Source: Veleropilina oligotropha | Lineage: Eukaryota | Reading direction: 5' to 3' | Length of the DNA stretch: 64,000 bases | NCBI GenBank assembly: GCA_048128005.1 | Contig: JBEUKZ010000054.1 | Span: 1,488,001 to 1,552,000, forward strand | In this document: positions 61,343 through 64,000 of the stretch, piece by piece | Numbering within the stretch: the stretch's first letter is position 1 | Layout: the number at the start of each line of letters is the position of its first letter | Program-made: the position numbers and the translations under genes | The notes under the pieces: model-generated | The model's input: the letters and a program-made list of their open reading frames with translations, nothing else | Told to the model about the DNA's origin: nothing | Database searches by the model: none

Positions 61343-61617
61343 GTAGGATTTGTTTTAAATTAATATTATATAAATAAAGTCACAGTTTTCTAAATGGCCA
61401 AAGAGGATAGGTTGCCGTGGACAACCAGGTTTTCCATGACATTTCTTTTGTATGTCGTGATACTTTAGTCCAAGAGTCATGAGTTCATACCTGAAAAACA
61501 ATGCCGTACTACTTGATATAAAAGCTTCCAAAGTAGCACAAGAGGATTAGACATAGGATTATTTAGTTTAAATAATTAATCAATCGTAGCTACTTATTAT
61601 TTTGATCTCTATTTCAG

Positions 61618-61711
61618 AATATTTCGGGTAATTTTATTCGTTCTATTGGTGCTGCAGCAATTGCCGACATGCTGGATGTCAACACGACGTTGAAAACATT
61701 ATCCATATCAG
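61618..61711 (+). CDS. LRRC74: LRRC74-like coding exon 6
   Basis: NISGNFIRSIGAAAIADMLDVNTTLKTLSIS; cag/GTGAG boundaries. Confidence 0.92.
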
Positions 61712-62051
61712 GTGAGGCATTGTATTTCTTTTTCCGTAAAACAATAATGGGAAAATTAGTATTGAATGCTAGGTGCATTTGACTCTGTGTTTTGTAAAAA
61801 TCTGGTTGGTTTAACATCTGTCACATGGTTCTGGTTATATATATATAAGGAATCGGTTGACATGTTTTGCTTCATCTTTTCAGAAGCCGGTCATGTGATT
61901 GCATGCGGATTCATTTGCAGGCAGAAAATCACAAAGATTAATTGTAATACAAAAGTTGCATACATTTTTATCTTAGACTTATATTTTCTAACAGTCAGAT
62001 TTAATTAGGAAACACCACAATGATGCAATGCCAATTACTGGCCTGTTATAG

Positions 62052-62182
62052 GAAACCAACTGACGGATGGTGATGCAAAGTATTTCATTGAGGCCTTAAA
62101 GAATAACGTGTCCCTCGTGACACTGGACGTCAGCCACAATCAGTTCGGGGAAGTCGGCGGAGTGCATCTTGGGGCTGCGATG
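62052..62182 (+). CDS. LRRC74: LRRC74-like coding exon 7 (gene continues beyond window)
   Basis: GNQLTDGDAKYFIEALKNNVSLVTLDVSHNQFGEVGGVHLGAAM; tag/GT boundaries. Confidence 0.92.
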
Positions 62183-62184
62183 GT

Positions 62185-62750
62185 AGGGGCTGCTAAAATA
62201 TGGTGGCGTTATAGGGCTGTTACAATATGTTGACATTATATTATGTTAGGAGTTGCGATGATAGGCTGCCACAATATGTTGACATCATAGGGGCTGCCAC
62301 AATATGTTGGCATCATAAGGGATTACACAATATGTTGGCATCATAGGGGCTGCCACAATAATTATGTTGGCATCATAGGGGCTGCCATAATATGTTTGCA
62401 TCATAGGGGCTGCCACAATATGTTGGCATCATAGGGGCTGCCACAATATGTTGGCATCATAGGGGCTGCCGCAATATGTTGGCATCATAAGGGCTGCCAC
62501 AATTTGTTTGCATCATAGGGGCGGCCACAATAATTATGTTGGCATCATAGGGCTGCCACAATATGTTGGCATCATAGGGGCTGCCACAATATGTTGGCAT
62601 CATAGGGGCTGCCGCAATATGTTGGCATCATAAGGGCTTACACAATATGTTGGCATCATAGGGGCTGCCACAATAATTCTGTTGGCATCATAGGGGCTGC
62701 CAAAATATGTTTGCATCATAGTGGCTTACACAATATGTTGGCATCATTGT
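62185..62750. repeat. Minisatellite, 28-bp unit GGGGCTGCCACAATATGTTGGCATCATA
   Basis: Tandem repetition visible directly in the sequence. Confidence 0.92.
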
Positions 62751-63288
62751 ATGTTAGGAGTTGCGATGGTACCGCTGTCACAATAAGGTGATGACATAGT
62801 GTCTTAGGATCACGATATCTTTACATTCATTATTTTATGTACAACTTCTGTGGTCAGGTGGGGAGGATAACTGGCCGGGACAGTGCGGTTCACCAATAAT
62901 CACACGATTATATAAATAGGTAGTGTAAGGTGTTAAACGAGACGATAAACTTCAATCCAAATCAAACCATATCACGCCAATATTTGCTTCACAGGTAACT
63001 CATTTCAGTATATTTTTTCAGCGGGATAAGGATTAATATCATATATGGCAGCTTCTATAGCCTCGTGCTCATGCATAAGCATTGCATTAAATGACATTTG
63101 CTGTTTGATTTAGCTTGACAAACTGTTATTTTAATACAGTTGGAATCGTGATTATAATTTATTTCTAGTGATTTCTCCGATATTGTGTCAGTGTTTTACA
63201 CTCATTCATCATGTACTCTGTGTCATTAACCAATGACAGTCTAATTTAGTTATTTTATTAGGTGCCTGCCCCAGGATGTAATTCACAT

Positions 63289-64000
63289 GCCTGACTGCTA
63301 TGATTGACAGCAGAGTTCCTGACTGCTATGATTGACAGCGGAGTTCCTGACTGCTATAATTGACAGCGGAGTTCCTGACTGCTGTGATTGACAGCAGAGT
63401 TCCTGACTGCTGTGATTGACAGCAGAGTTCCTGACTGCTATGATTGACAGCCGAGTTCCTGACTGCTATGATTGACAGCAGAGTTCCTGACTGCTATGAT
63501 TGACAGCGGATCCTGACTGCTATGATTGACAGCAGAGTTCCTGACTGCTATGATTGACAGCGGATCCTGACTGCTATGATTGACAGCAGAGTTCCTGACT
63601 GCTATGATTGACAGCAGAGTTCATGACTATGATTGACAGCCGAGTTCCTGACTGCTATGATTGACAGCAGAGTTCCTGACTGCTATGATTGACAGCAGAG
63701 TTCCTGACTATGATTGACAGCAAAGTTCCTGACTATGATTGACAGCAGAGTTCCTGACTGCTATGATTGACAGCAGAGTTCCTGACTGCTATGATTGACA
63801 GCGGATCCTGACTGCTATGATTGACAGCCGAGTTCCTGACTGCTGTGATTGACAGCAGAGTTCCTGACTGCTATGATTGACAGCAGAGTTCCTGACTATG
63901 ATTGACAGCAGAGTTCCTGACTGCTATGATTGACAGCAGAGTTCCTGACTGCTATGATTGACAGCCGAGTTCCTGACTGCTATGATTGACAGCCAAGTTC
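63289..64000. repeat. Minisatellite, 28-bp unit CCTGACTGCTATGATTGACAGCAGAGTT
   Basis: Tandem repetition continuing to the window end. Confidence 0.95.

Overview
Eukaryotic, AT-rich, intron-rich DNA of an invertebrate animal; the repeat landscape suggests a marine lophotrochozoan, which is inference only. Positions 1-~14288 are the right-hand part of a GC-richer, gene-dense, apparently intact integrated Polinton-like/MELD-type dsDNA virus. It encodes a minor capsid protein, major capsid protein, A32 packaging ATPase, rve integrase and several unknown membrane proteins. Instead of a canonical pPolB it carries a 1287-aa fusion of a divergent family-B polymerase palm, a RecD/Pif1-like SF1 helicase and an HNH nuclease. 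The element appears to sit in an intron of a host adiponectin receptor gene (minus strand, exons 21423-21581 and 15414-15684). The rest of the window holds an 11.3-kb array of 53-54-bp hairpin-forming units with higher-order structure, an L2/Crack/CR1-group LINE split by two nested insertions, tRNA-derived SINEs, a Tc1/mariner relic, MITE and Helentron-associated repeats, minisatellites, and the first seven coding exons of an LRRC74-like gene (plus strand, 49680 onward).
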